In this document: positions 15,955-25,512 of the stretch, piece by piece
Numbering within the stretch: the first letter of the stretch is position 1
Layout of the letters: every line of letters starts with the position of its first letter
NCBI GenBank assembly: GCA_035606435.1
Contig: DATNFM010000054.1
Location: forward strand, 3,413-67,412
Reading direction: 5' to 3'
Length of the DNA: 64,000 bases
Origin: Streptosporangiaceae bacterium
Lineage (GTDB): Bacteria; Actinomycetota; Actinomycetes; Streptosporangiales; Streptosporangiaceae
Program-made: the position numbers and the translations under genes
The notes under the pieces: generated by a model
Database searches by the model: none
What the model saw: only the letters and a program-made list of their open reading frames with translations
Told to the model about the DNA's origin: nothing

Positions 15955-17697
15955 ATGACAACACGTGGTCCCGGTGAAGTGACCAAGCCTGTCGCAAACG
16001 ACACTGTCGCAAACGATCGCGCCGCAAACGACACTGCCGCAAACGACACTGCCGCGTCCGACTTCATGGCCGAGGTCGCGCTCACCGTTTTCCATCCGAG
16101 CGCGACCAGCGTCGAGGCCGGGTTCTTCACCTGGGACATTGCCTCAGGAGAGGTGATCTGCGACCCGGTGACGTTGCGCATGCACGGCCTGGCCGACGGC
16201 CAGATCGCGACCATGGACATGTTCCTGGCCCGGGTGCCCGCCCACGATTTAGCTCAGGTCAGCGAGGCGATGTCGAAGATGGTCGCCTCCGTTGGCACCT
16301 ACCAGATCGAGTACCGCGTCCTCGGGGAGGACGGCAGCCTGCGCTCCATGGAAGCGCGCGGCCGCATCATGCCCGGCCCGGACGGCCAGCCCGCCAGGAT
16401 GATGGGCCTGGTCATGGACACGACCGCGGTCCGGGCCCAACGCGAGTTCGAGGAACGCCAGCTCCGAGAGCTAGCGGACCGAGCCAGCCGGGCCCGCGAC
16501 TTCACCGCGGCGCTGGCCTCGGCCAGCACGGTCGACGAGATCATGGACGCGGCCCGAACGGGCCTGCGCGCCTACGGCGCCGACAGCCTGATCCTGATGG
16601 CCTCCCGCGACGGCTGGCTCCAGGTGGTCGCCTCCTGCGGTTTCGACGACGCCAGCGTCGCCGCCCTCAGCAGCCTCGACCCCGCGCGTCCCACGCCACT
16701 TTCCGTCGCGATCCAATGGCGCTCTCCGGTCCACCTCCCGTCGGCGGAAAACCTGACCGATGACTTCCCCCACCTCACGCAGGTGATTGCTAAGGCAGAA
16801 CAGCGAGCTTGGGCCGCACTTCCGGTTCTTGATTCAGGGGGAAAAATTGGCGCGTGTCTTTTCGGCTTTCCTGAGCCGCAGGAGTTCTCCCCTGATGAAC
16901 GGACCTTGCTTTTCGCCGCGTCTGGCCTGCTGAGCCAGTCGCTGGAGCGGGCGCGGATGTATGAGGCCCAGCACGCGCTGGCCGCCGAACTGCAGCGGGT
17001 CATGCTTCCGCGCGGGACCCTGACCGCGACCGGCATGTCGATCGCCACCCGGTACCAGGCCGCCACCACCGGCATCGAGATCGGCGGTGACTTCTACGAC
17101 GTCGTGCGCTGCGCCGGTGACCGGACGGCGCTGGTCATCGGAGACGTCCAGGGGCACAACCTGCTGGCCGCCTCCCTCATGGGACGGCTGCGCACCGCCG
17201 TGCACGCGTACACGCGCGAAGGGCACGGCCCGGCTCAGGTCATGGCCCGGGCGAACCGCTGGCTGTGGGACCTCGACGCCAACACCGATCCGGACTCCGC
17301 GCTGTTCGCGACCTGCTGTTTCCTGGTGGTCGATCCGGCCACCGGTACCCTCACGGTGAGCCGGGCCGGGCATCCGCCGCCCATGCTGCTCACGCCGGGG
17401 AAAGAGCCGCGGGTGCTCGACTGCGAGGCCGGACTGCCGCTCGGCATTGACCCGGCGGCCGAGTACTCAACGATCCAGATGCAGGCCGATCCCGGTTCGC
17501 TGCTCGTGCTCACCACCGACGGCCTGCTCGAATCCGATGCTGGCGATGACTTCAACCTCAGCAGGTTGATGGACGTGCTCAGGATCAGCCCGACCGACGA
17601 TCTTGACGAGCTGGCGAACGACCTGCTGAACAGCGTCCAGCGATCCCGGCGGCACGGCGACGATGTCGCTCTGCTGCTCGCCCGGCTCGACGCTTGA
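15955..17697 (+). CDS. PAS/GAF-domain PP2C (SpoIIE-type) serine phosphatase
   Basis: C-terminal GGDFYDV and TDGLLE PP2C motifs. Start set to ATG 15955; the upstream part of ORF 15364 is antisense to the MerR gene. Confidence 0.8.
   Translation: MTTRGPGEVTKPVANDTVANDRAANDTAANDTAASDFMAEVALTVFHPSATSVEAGFFTWDIASGEVICDPVTLRMHGLADGQIATMDMFLARVPAHDLAQVSEAMSKMVASVGTYQIEYRVLGEDGSLRSMEARGRIMPGPDGQPARMMGLVMDTTAVRAQREFEERQLRELADRASRARDFTAALASASTVDEIMDAARTGLRAYGADSLILMASRDGWLQVVASCGFDDASVAALSSLDPARPTPLSVAIQWRSPVHLPSAENLTDDFPHLTQVIAKAEQRAWAALPVLDSGGKIGACLFGFPEPQEFSPDERTLLFAASGLLSQSLERARMYEAQHALAAELQRVMLPRGTLTATGMSIATRYQAATTGIEIGGDFYDVVRCAGDRTALVIGDVQGHNLLAASLMGRLRTAVHAYTREGHGPAQVMARANRWLWDLDANTDPDSALFATCCFLVVDPATGTLTVSRAGHPPPMLLTPGKEPRVLDCEAGLPLGIDPAAEYSTIQMQADPGSLLVLTTDGLLESDAGDDFNLSRLMDVLRISPTDDLDELANDLLNSVQRSRRHGDDVALLLARLDA
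15991..16065. repeat. 15-bp tandem repeat (GYCGCAAACGACACT) x5, in frame (ANDT repeats)
   Basis: Read directly near the phosphatase N-terminus. Confidence 0.85.
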
Positions 17698-17749
17698 CTG
17701 GTCCGGGTTTCTTAAGCATTTCGCGTGATCGCCGCATCGGAGGACCCGT

Positions 17750-18718
17750 ATGACCATGGTGGTGGTGCCTGACCTTGACTGCCCGTTCGGCGATGAGATC
17801 AGCGCTCACGCTGACGAAGTCGACGAGCACGTCATCGACTGGGCCTGCCGGATCGGGTTACCGGTCGATGAGGCCGAGGCCACCCGGCTGGGCGAGGCCA
17901 AGGTGGGACGGCTCGCGGCCAGGACCACGCCCCGGGCCAGTCTCGAAGCGCTCTGCCTGCTCGCCGACTGGCAGATGTGGCTGTTCCTGTTCGACGACCG
18001 GTACAGCGATGAGTGCGCCGACGGGGCCGACCTCACCCAGTTAAGCCGGCTCGTCACCGGCTTCATGCTCGTGCTCGACAACGACGGTGAACGGCGCTAC
18101 CGGCGGGACCCGTTCACCGTGGCGCTGGGCGAATTGATCGACCGGATCCGGACCCTGGCGACCGGGCCGCAGGTCAACCGGTTCGTCAATGCCGTGCGGG
18201 GCTACTTCCTGGCCCAGTTCTGGGAGGCGGGCAACCGGGCGCAGGACCAGCCGGCCGGGCTGGCCGAGTACACGGCGATGCGCAGGCACAGCGGCGCGGT
18301 CCCGACCTGCACCGCGCTGATCGATGTGGCCAACGGCTTCGAGCTGACGGGTCGCGATTACTGGCGGCCTGAGGTCCGGGCGATCAGCGACATCGCGGTC
18401 AACGTGACGTGCTGGGCCAACGACATCCTTTCGTTCCCCAAGGAGGCGCAGCGCAGTTTCAAGGTGCACAGCCTGCCCGCGGTACTCGCCGAGGAGCTGC
18501 AGTTACCGGTGACCGATGCGCTCGCGCTCGCGGCCGAGATGCACGACGCCGAGGTCGAGCGATACCTGAATTCCGAGCGGCCGCTGCGCTTCGTCGCCGG
18601 GCCCGCGCTGAGTGACTACCTGGACGGTCTGCGCTGGTGGATGGGCGGCAATTTCTACTGGTCGCTGGAGACCGGCCGGTACAACGTCGCGGCCGGATCG
18701 GCCTGCTCGGTAATGTGA
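17750..18718 (+). CDS. Class I terpene synthase/cyclase
   Basis: Asp-rich motif FLFDDRYSDE and NSE/DTE motif NDILSFPKE at canonical spacing; 322 aa. Confidence 0.8.
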   Translation: MTMVVVPDLDCPFGDEISAHADEVDEHVIDWACRIGLPVDEAEATRLGEAKVGRLAARTTPRASLEALCLLADWQMWLFLFDDRYSDECADGADLTQLSRLVTGFMLVLDNDGERRYRRDPFTVALGELIDRIRTLATGPQVNRFVNAVRGYFLAQFWEAGNRAQDQPAGLAEYTAMRRHSGAVPTCTALIDVANGFELTGRDYWRPEVRAISDIAVNVTCWANDILSFPKEAQRSFKVHSLPAVLAEELQLPVTDALALAAEMHDAEVERYLNSERPLRFVAGPALSDYLDGLRWWMGGNFYWSLETGRYNVAAGSACSVM

Positions 18719-18722
18719 CCTC

Positions 18723-19619
18723 GTGACAGAACAGGCTCCTGATGAGCAAGCCGCTGAGCTCGCCGGGCGTACTTTCCTGGTGACTGGCGGCAACGCCGGC
18801 GTTGGTTATGCCACGGCGATTGACCTGGCTCGGCGGGGCGGGCGGGTGCATATCGCTGGCCGGTCTCAAGCCAAATGCGAGGCGGCGGTCGCGTCGATCA
18901 AGGCCGACACCGGCAGTGACCAGGTGTTTCTGGTGCTGCTTGACCTGGGCAGCCTGGACAGCGTGCGGGCGGGCGCGCAAGCGTTCCTCGCCCGGGATGA
19001 GCCGCTTCAGGTGCTGATCAACAATGCGGGCGTCGCGGGCCAGCGCGGGCTGACCTCGGATGGTTTTGAACTCCATTTCGGGGTCAATCACCTGGGCCAT
19101 TTCTTGCTGACTCAGCTGCTGCTTCCCCGGATTATCGAGAGCGGGCCCGGCGGCCGGATCGTCGTGGTCTCGAGCGACTCGCACTATCAGGCCCGCGGCA
19201 TTGACTTCGATCAGCTGCGTTCTCGCACGAAGACGGTTACCGGCCTGCGCGAGTACTCCGTCTCCAAGCTCGCCAACGTGCTGTTCGCCCAGGAGCTGGC
19301 CCGGCGGCTGGACGGTGCTGGCGTGCACACCTACTGCCTGCATCCAGGTGTGGTCGCCTCGGAGATCTGGCGGCGGGTGCCGTGGCCGCTGCGGCCGCTG
19401 ATCAAGCGCCGGATGCTGACCATCACCGAAGGCGCGCGGACCTCGCTGTACTGCGCGACGTCGGTTTCGGCTGAGGTGGCCGGCCAGACCGGGCTCTTCT
19501 ACGACAAGTGCGCGGTGCGGGAGCCGAGCAAGGTGGCCCAGCCGGAGCTGGCGGCGGAACTGTGGGGTTACAGCGAGAAGTGGATCTCGGCGTTAGAAGC
19601 CGGTCCTCCGCAGGGCTAG
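18723..19619 (+). CDS. Short-chain dehydrogenase/reductase
   Basis: TGGNAGVGYAT cofactor motif; YSVSK catalytic motif; 4 nt after the terpene synthase stop. Confidence 0.85.
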   Translation: MTEQAPDEQAAELAGRTFLVTGGNAGVGYATAIDLARRGGRVHIAGRSQAKCEAAVASIKADTGSDQVFLVLLDLGSLDSVRAGAQAFLARDEPLQVLINNAGVAGQRGLTSDGFELHFGVNHLGHFLLTQLLLPRIIESGPGGRIVVVSSDSHYQARGIDFDQLRSRTKTVTGLREYSVSKLANVLFAQELARRLDGAGVHTYCLHPGVVASEIWRRVPWPLRPLIKRRMLTITEGARTSLYCATSVSAEVAGQTGLFYDKCAVREPSKVAQPELAAELWGYSEKWISALEAGPPQG

Positions 19620-20218
19620 TCGAACTGGTCTGGGTGCGGGCCGGCGTTGCGCAGCCGCATGCCGCTGAAGCTGACCGTTGAGCTCGCGACCTGTCGCCAG
19701 AACGGCCAGATCGACGGCGTGATCCGAAGCTCGATCTCGGCGGCCGCGTGCCTCGCGATCAGGTCATCGATTGGCTCCTGGCCGGTGGCCTCGACGGGCT
19801 GGCCGGTTGTCCAGTAGCCGCCGACCTCTTCGTGCGGACGGAACTCGTCGACTGGCAACTCGTAGGCGAAGAGACGGGTGGCCTGCAGGCGTCGCAGCCA
19901 GCCGGTCTCGGTGACGTGGACCCGGCCGGCGGCGGTCTGGCCGAAAAACTTCGCCCGGTCCGACGCCGTCGTCTTCGGTGTCGGCCAGATGCAGCCGCGC
20001 GGGCAGTCCCTGGGGAACCAGAACATCGGCGCGTGTCGGGTGTCCACGGCCCAGACCAGCGGCGGAGCCTGCGGATCGGCCGCGATCGGCCGCGGGCTGA
20101 ACCGGCCAAGCGACGGATTCTCGCTGAAGTGCCAGAGCTTGAACGGGCCTTCTCCCGCGTAGGCCGGGGCCGGCTGGCGGGCAAGCAACTGCTCGGGGTA
20201 GTCCGCCGGGGTGCCCAT
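19616..20218 (-). CDS. Conserved hypothetical protein
   Basis: 200-aa ORF with coding-like composition; no motif recognised. Confidence 0.5.
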   Translation of the reverse strand: MGTPADYPEQLLARQPAPAYAGEGPFKLWHFSENPSLGRFSPRPIAADPQAPPLVWAVDTRHAPMFWFPRDCPRGCIWPTPKTTASDRAKFFGQTAAGRVHVTETGWLRRLQATRLFAYELPVDEFRPHEEVGGYWTTGQPVEATGQEPIDDLIARHAAAEIELRITPSIWPFWRQVASSTVSFSGMRLRNAGPHPDQFD

Positions 20219-20221
20219 CGG

Positions 20222-20938
20222 TCAGGCCTTGAGGCAGCGGGCGACGAACTGGATCGGATGACTGGCGACGTCCGGGCCGACCCAGGCCGCCCAGGCCTCG
20301 TCCGGGCGTGGTTCGACGGCCTCGTCGAGCCGAAGGTCGTGGCGGTGCAGAGCATTGACGTAGGTACTGAGCATTCGGTGGTTGGCGCCGACCTGGCGGC
20401 GCAGCCTGGATATGGCGCTGTCGGCGATCCAGAACCCCTCGTCGTAATAGCTTTCTGCGGCCGGCCAAGATCCCGACACGTACTTGCCGCCGGGGAAGCA
20501 GGGATGCAGGATCGAGAACACGAACCGGCCGCCGGGTCGCAGCGCGGCGCCTATCCCGTGCAGCGCCCCGTCCAGGTCATCGATGTCGGAAAGCCCGTAG
20601 TGGCAGGTCACGGCGTCGAAGCCGGTCTCGTCATCCAGCCAGTCAAGGGAAGCGGTTACGTCGGCATGGAGATACCGGATGCCCAGCGGGTTTTCCTGTT
20701 CGGCCTCTTTGGCCCGGCCCAGCAGCGCGGCCGAGCTGTCGACGCCGATCGTCGGCTGGCGGGCGCCAGCCCGGGCGAGTTCGCGGGTGATCCGGCCGTG
20801 CCCGCAAGCGATGTCGAGCACCCGCAGGCCTTCGACCGGCCCGAGCAGCTCTAGCAGCGCCCGCGAGACCGGGTCGTCGACGGAGTCGAAGCCATCGACG
20901 TAGAAGTCCGCGACGTCGTCGTACCTTGACCGCACCAT
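20222..20938 (-). CDS. Class I SAM-dependent methyltransferase
   Basis: VLDIACGHGRITRELA motif I; start at Met 13 of ORF 20222..20974. Confidence 0.8.
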   Translation of the reverse strand: MVRSRYDDVADFYVDGFDSVDDPVSRALLELLGPVEGLRVLDIACGHGRITRELARAGARQPTIGVDSSAALLGRAKEAEQENPLGIRYLHADVTASLDWLDDETGFDAVTCHYGLSDIDDLDGALHGIGAALRPGGRFVFSILHPCFPGGKYVSGSWPAAESYYDEGFWIADSAISRLRRQVGANHRMLSTYVNALHRHDLRLDEAVEPRPDEAWAAWVGPDVASHPIQFVARCLKA

Positions 20939-21134
20939 GGCTCTCGCACCTCCTAGCCCGAGCTTTGCCCGCATTGACCCGGGCTACGCGGGTTTCCGCC
21001 TCCGGCGGAAAGCCAGCCATGTTGTCGGCTAGCTGGCGTCTGGCCAGACACACCCACTACGCGTTCGCCCTGATGCTCATTCCAGAGTCCGACCTCGATC
21101 AGGGCCTGGGCTCCGGTCAGGGACTAGGTCATCG

Positions 21135-22013
21135 CTAGCTGGCCTCGGTGAGCTCACTGATCCGGGCGAGCGCGGCCGCGACGCAGCCGGGCTGCTCATG
21201 CCAGGGCAAGTGCCCCGCCGCCGGAACGACCTGCACTTCGGCCCGGGGAAGGAGAGCGGCGGTGCGTTCACCCTGGCTGACCGGCATCGGGCTCTTCTCG
21301 CCGAGCACGAACACGGCCGGCGCCTCGATCCCGCCCAGCCGCTCTCCCAGCCCGCTGGCCTGGAGTTCGGCAACCGAAGCGAACGTGCCCGCATACGCCC
21401 CCACCGACGCCCGCATGAACGACGGCAACGCCGGCGCGGCCTGAGGATCGGCGAAGTAGCCCGGCCACAGCAGCCTGAGTGACTCAAGCATGTCGTCATC
21501 GGTTGGCTCGGGCGTGGCCAGCCGGGCGGCGACCTCCGCATACTGGTCAAGGGCCGAAGGCAGCAGCCGGCTACCCAGGTTCTGCCCCATCTCGACCAGG
21601 CCGCCGTCATCCACGGCACCGAGCGGGTCGATGATCACGAGCCCGGTGACCCGCTCCGGGTGAGCCAGCGCGAGGTTCAGCGCGAGATAGCCGCCCCACG
21701 AGTGCCCGAGCACCACGGCCTGGTCGATGCCGAGTTCGTCGAGCACCGCGACCGCATCGGCGACGTGGCGCTCGACGGTGAAGGGACCGCCGACAGCCGA
21801 TGGAGCCAGACCGCGCTGCTGATACTTGACCGCGCGCCAGCCGGCCAGTTCAGGGCCCAGCATCTCCATGTAATCCGACATGGCCGGACCACCGTGCAGC
21901 AGGAGCAACGGCGTGCCGGTCCCCTGCACCCCCTGCACCGAGCCGACGATCGGCCCGTCCGTCGTGTTCGCGGTAAACGTCTGCTGCGACGTTGCATCAA
22001 GCGCTTCTGACAT
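21135..22013 (-). CDS. Alpha/beta hydrolase (proline iminopeptidase-like)
   Basis: HGGP oxyanion region; GHSWGG nucleophile elbow. Confidence 0.8.
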   Translation of the reverse strand: MSEALDATSQQTFTANTTDGPIVGSVQGVQGTGTPLLLLHGGPAMSDYMEMLGPELAGWRAVKYQQRGLAPSAVGGPFTVERHVADAVAVLDELGIDQAVVLGHSWGGYLALNLALAHPERVTGLVIIDPLGAVDDGGLVEMGQNLGSRLLPSALDQYAEVAARLATPEPTDDDMLESLRLLWPGYFADPQAAPALPSFMRASVGAYAGTFASVAELQASGLGERLGGIEAPAVFVLGEKSPMPVSQGERTAALLPRAEVQVVPAAGHLPWHEQPGCVAAALARISELTEAS

Positions 22014-22240
22014 ACGGGCACGCTAGCCCGACGGACCCGAAGAATCCCCATATTCATCCAGATTCGCGAGGCCTCCCGTGCCGACTCCAACACCGCAAGG
22101 GCCCCTGAGCCGCAGTCCGACTCCAGTCCGGTCCGCGACTTAGCCCGGGTTAAAACGTCATATCCCCGCCAAGCGGAGGCTACCCGCGACCGCAGAGGCC
22201 GGGCCCACGTCGATGTCAGAACACACCGCACGGGGCCAAC

Positions 22241-22291
22241 GCTGAGGCCCAGCCAGCGGTCAGTGCGCTGAGGCCCAGCCAGCGGTCAGTG
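22241..22291. repeat. Direct duplication of the 25-mer GCTGAGGCCCAGCCAGCGGTCAGTG
   Basis: Copies at 22241..22265 and 22267..22291, immediately 3' of the DUF5134-like gene stop. Confidence 0.85.
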
Positions 22292-23239
22292 TTAGGCCAT
22301 CTGGATCAGCATGTAGCCCATGGTGACGGCCATGGCGATCGTCGAGAACGCCGCGATCCTCGGCGCCAGCAGGCCATTCGCGACTACGCCGACACCAGCC
22401 GAACCAGCTACCCCAGCCGACCCAGCTACCCCAGCCGACCCAGCTACCCCAGCGGAGCGAGCCACCCCCGCCGACCCAACTGCCCCACCGGCGCCGACGC
22501 CGCCAGCAACCGCGGCGGTTGCGACGGCCGGGGTGACGGACCGGGTGCGGGCCAGGGCGTCGGTGGTCCAGACGACGGAGCCGACCAGGCAGAACGCCAG
22601 GAGCAGGGCGACGCACGGGGCTATGGTGATCAAGCCGGTGCGGCTCATGCCGGCCATCGCCCGACCGACCGGATGAAAGCGCCCGGAAGCGTCGTCCACG
22701 GCGGGCAGGAACATGAAGATCATCGCGAGGCACTCGATCACATGCGCCAGCGGAGCGCCACCCGCCAGCGGAGCACCACCCGCCAGCGAGGCACTGCGCG
22801 CCGTCGAGCCACCCCGCGCCGTCGAGCCACCCCGCGCCGTCGAACCACTGGCTGCCAGGCGCCCGAGAGATCCCGACGGCCAGGGTCCAGTCCTCCGAGA
22901 GGCGAACGCCTGCCAGCCGAACCACAGTGCGCCGAGGCCGAACACCGCTTCCCAGACCTGCTCGGGCAGTACGCGCAACTGCGGCAGCAGCATCCCCGCC
23001 ATGGCCACGCCCATCAGTACGTGCAGCCCGTCAACGCCGACCGACGCCCACCGCTTACGCAAGCCTTGCTGGACCGTGTCCCAAGACCCGCGATCCCAAG
23101 ACCGGCGGTCCCAAAACCCGCGGTACCAGGACCCGCGCCGAATCCCGAACGCAACCAGGCCCGCCCGGATCGCGCAATTGGCGGCGATCACGATCATCAA
23201 GCTCGCGAGGGCCGCATGCAGCCACAATGGACCGCTCAC
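22292..23239 (-). CDS. DUF5134-like membrane protein carrying three in-frame tandem-repeat blocks
   Basis: N-terminal LWLHAALASLMIVIAANCA and MGVAMAGML are typical of DUF5134. Repeat blocks at about 22398..22460, 22748..22852 and 23087..23140. Confidence 0.65.
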   Translation of the reverse strand: MSGPLWLHAALASLMIVIAANCAIRAGLVAFGIRRGSWYRGFWDRRSWDRGSWDTVQQGLRKRWASVGVDGLHVLMGVAMAGMLLPQLRVLPEQVWEAVFGLGALWFGWQAFASRRTGPWPSGSLGRLAASGSTARGGSTARGGSTARSASLAGGAPLAGGAPLAHVIECLAMIFMFLPAVDDASGRFHPVGRAMAGMSRTGLITIAPCVALLLAFCLVGSVVWTTDALARTRSVTPAVATAAVAGGVGAGGAVGSAGVARSAGVAGSAGVAGSAGVAGSAGVGVVANGLLAPRIAAFSTIAMAVTMGYMLIQMA

Positions 23240-23384
23240 GCGGTCACCTCCCCCCGGCTGGTCGCATCAGTGCGCCCGGAATGCCCCCAGGCCAGACCAG
23301 ACCGCAGGTCGCGTCCGGCGCACCCATCGAGATTAAACGGGCTACCGACGCCCTGACAAGATAGCCATTCAATGTTTTCTAGAA

Positions 23385-23501
23385 TTACCACCCGGGGGTA
23401 TCTAGCCTGCCGCAGATAAAACCCGGAGGGGGTACTCATAAAACCCCTCCGGGGTATGTTCGGCCAGGTCAGGGCAGCAATTTAACACCCCACCGGGGTA
23501 T
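23385..23501. promoter_or_regulatory. Four copies of a CCCC-N3-4-GGGGTA(T/C) pseudo-palindrome in a divergent promoter region; CsoR-type operator candidates
   Basis: TTACCACCCGGGGGTAT 23385..23401; AAACCCGGAGGGGGTAC 23419..23435; AAACCCCTCCGGGGTAT 23441..23457; AACACCCCACCGGGGTAT 23484..23501. Confidence 0.45.
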
Positions 23502-23619
23502 TCAGCTCCGTCGGCGATTATGCATAATTCTCACCTGCCCTCTGACCAAAATACGGCCGGAGGCAACGACCGGCGGTGCGCGCGACGCCGGCTGGCCACA
23601 AAGGAGCACGCGGACAGCC

Positions 23620-25512
23620 ATGCCCGGGATGAACTCAGGGCTCAACATCAACGATGCCCAGGTGGTTTCCGCCTTCGGTCGCGCCTTGCTGCATCAGGGC
23701 CTGATCGCGGTGCTGCTGTTCGCGACCCTTGGCGTGATCTGGATTTCCGCCCGAGCCTGGCACTCGCAGAAGGTTCCCCTGGAGCCGACCGGCGCCCCCG
23801 GCAACTCCGGCAACTCCGGCAACTCCGGCACCGAGGCCCAGGAGTCACCAGAGCCGGCGGCCAGGCAGGTTCTGCGGATCGGGTTCGGGCTGATCTGGAT
23901 CTTCGACGGCATCCTGCAGGCCCAGCCCAAGATGGCGCTCGGCCTGCCGTCTCAGGTCATTCAGCCGACCGCGGCGACCTCCCCGCACTGGGTGCAGACG
24001 ATAGTCAACTGGGCGGGCACGAACTGGTCGTATCACCCCCTGCAGGCGGCAGCGGCGGCGGTCTGGATCCAGGTCGGAATCGGCGTCTGGCTGCTCGCCT
24101 CGCCGAGAGGGCGGCTGTCGCGGCTGGCTGGCCTGGCCAGCGTCGCCTGGAGCCTGGTCGTCTGGGTGTTCGGCGAGTCCTTCGGCGGAGTCCTCGCCCC
24201 CGGCCAGACCTGGCTGTTCGGCGCCCCCGGCGCGGCGCTGATCTACGCGGTCGCGACCGGCCTGATCGCGCTGCCCGACCGGGCCTGGACAACACGCAAG
24301 CTGGGCCGCGCTGTGCTCGGCGGCACCGGAGTGTTCCTGCTCGGCATGGCGCTGCTGCAGGCCTGGCCCGGCCGCGGATTCTGGCAGGGCACGACCGGAC
24401 GCGGACAGACCGCCCCGCTCGCGGGCATGGCCAGTTCTATGGCGCAGTTGTCGCAGCCGCAGTTCCTGGTCAAGCTGGTTAACGCCTTCACGTCCTTCGA
24501 CGAGGCCCACGGCTTCGCGGTGAACCTAGTCGCCGTCATCGCCCTCGCCGCAATTGGCTCGGTCTTCCTGCTCAGTTTCGCTAAGAGCCCGGAGCCGTAC
24601 CGGATCGGCCGCCTGCCGATACTCAAGGGCGCCCTGATCGCCTTCGTCGCGATCAGCCTCCTCGACTGGATCTTCATCGAGGACCTCGGCTTCCTCGGCG
24701 GCCTCGGCACCGACCCGAACAGCATGATCCCCATGATCTTGCTGGCCGTAGCCGGCTACCTGGCCCTTACCCGCCCCACCCCCGCCGAGGCGCAGTCCCC
24801 AGCCCAGGTCACCAGCCGCGCGTCCCTCAGTCCAGGAAGAGCCTTCGGCCTGCTAGCCGGCGCCAGCTTCCGCTCGGTCGTCGCCGCCGGTGCCGTCGCC
24901 GTGATCTTGCTCGGCGCCGCCCCGCTGGCGATTGCCCGGTCCAACCCGAACGCCGACCCGATCCTGGCCCAGGCGGTCAGCGGCCACTCCTCCAACCTGA
25001 ACCTGCGGGCCCCAGGATTCACGCTGACCGACCAGTCCAGCCACCAGATCAGCCTGGCCAGCCTGCGCGGCAAGGTGGTCCTGCTGACCTTCCTCGATCC
25101 GGTCTGCACGACCGACTGCCCGCTGATGGGAACCGAGTTCGCGCAGACCAGCCGCCTGCTGGCGGCCGACTCCGGCCGGGTCGAATTGGTCGGTGTCGTG
25201 CTGAGCCCTTCGTACCGGTCCCTGTCGGCGGTGCGGGCCTTCGATGAGCACGACGGACTCGCTTCGATCTCAAACTGGCACTACCTGACCGGCTCGCTGG
25301 CCAGCCTGAAGAAGGTCTGGGCCAGTTACGGCATGACGGCCGATGTGCTGCCGGCCGGAGCGATGACTGGCCATGACGATGTGGCGTTCCTGATCAACCA
25401 GGCCGGCAAGGTCGTGCGCGAGTTCGACGCCGACCCGGGCCCTGGCACGGCCGCGATGATCTCGTCGTACTCGGTCCTGTTCGCCAACGCCGTCCGCCAG
25501 GAACTCAGATGA
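23620..25512 (+). CDS. Membrane protein with a C-terminal SCO1/SenC thioredoxin-like copper chaperone domain
   Basis: Polytopic N-terminal half; C-terminal FLDPVCTTDCPLMG (CxxxC) with a downstream His. Confidence 0.7.
   Translation: MPGMNSGLNINDAQVVSAFGRALLHQGLIAVLLFATLGVIWISARAWHSQKVPLEPTGAPGNSGNSGNSGTEAQESPEPAARQVLRIGFGLIWIFDGILQAQPKMALGLPSQVIQPTAATSPHWVQTIVNWAGTNWSYHPLQAAAAAVWIQVGIGVWLLASPRGRLSRLAGLASVAWSLVVWVFGESFGGVLAPGQTWLFGAPGAALIYAVATGLIALPDRAWTTRKLGRAVLGGTGVFLLGMALLQAWPGRGFWQGTTGRGQTAPLAGMASSMAQLSQPQFLVKLVNAFTSFDEAHGFAVNLVAVIALAAIGSVFLLSFAKSPEPYRIGRLPILKGALIAFVAISLLDWIFIEDLGFLGGLGTDPNSMIPMILLAVAGYLALTRPTPAEAQSPAQVTSRASLSPGRAFGLLAGASFRSVVAAGAVAVILLGAAPLAIARSNPNADPILAQAVSGHSSNLNLRAPGFTLTDQSSHQISLASLRGKVVLLTFLDPVCTTDCPLMGTEFAQTSRLLAADSGRVELVGVVLSPSYRSLSAVRAFDEHDGLASISNWHYLTGSLASLKKVWASYGMTADVLPAGAMTGHDDVAFLINQAGKVVREFDADPGPGTAAMISSYSVLFANAVRQELR

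Noticed and set aside
17750-19619. The terpene synthase and SDR as part of the 42-64 kb locus
   Set aside because: More than 22 kb of unrelated genes on both strands separates them, with no shared regulation evident.
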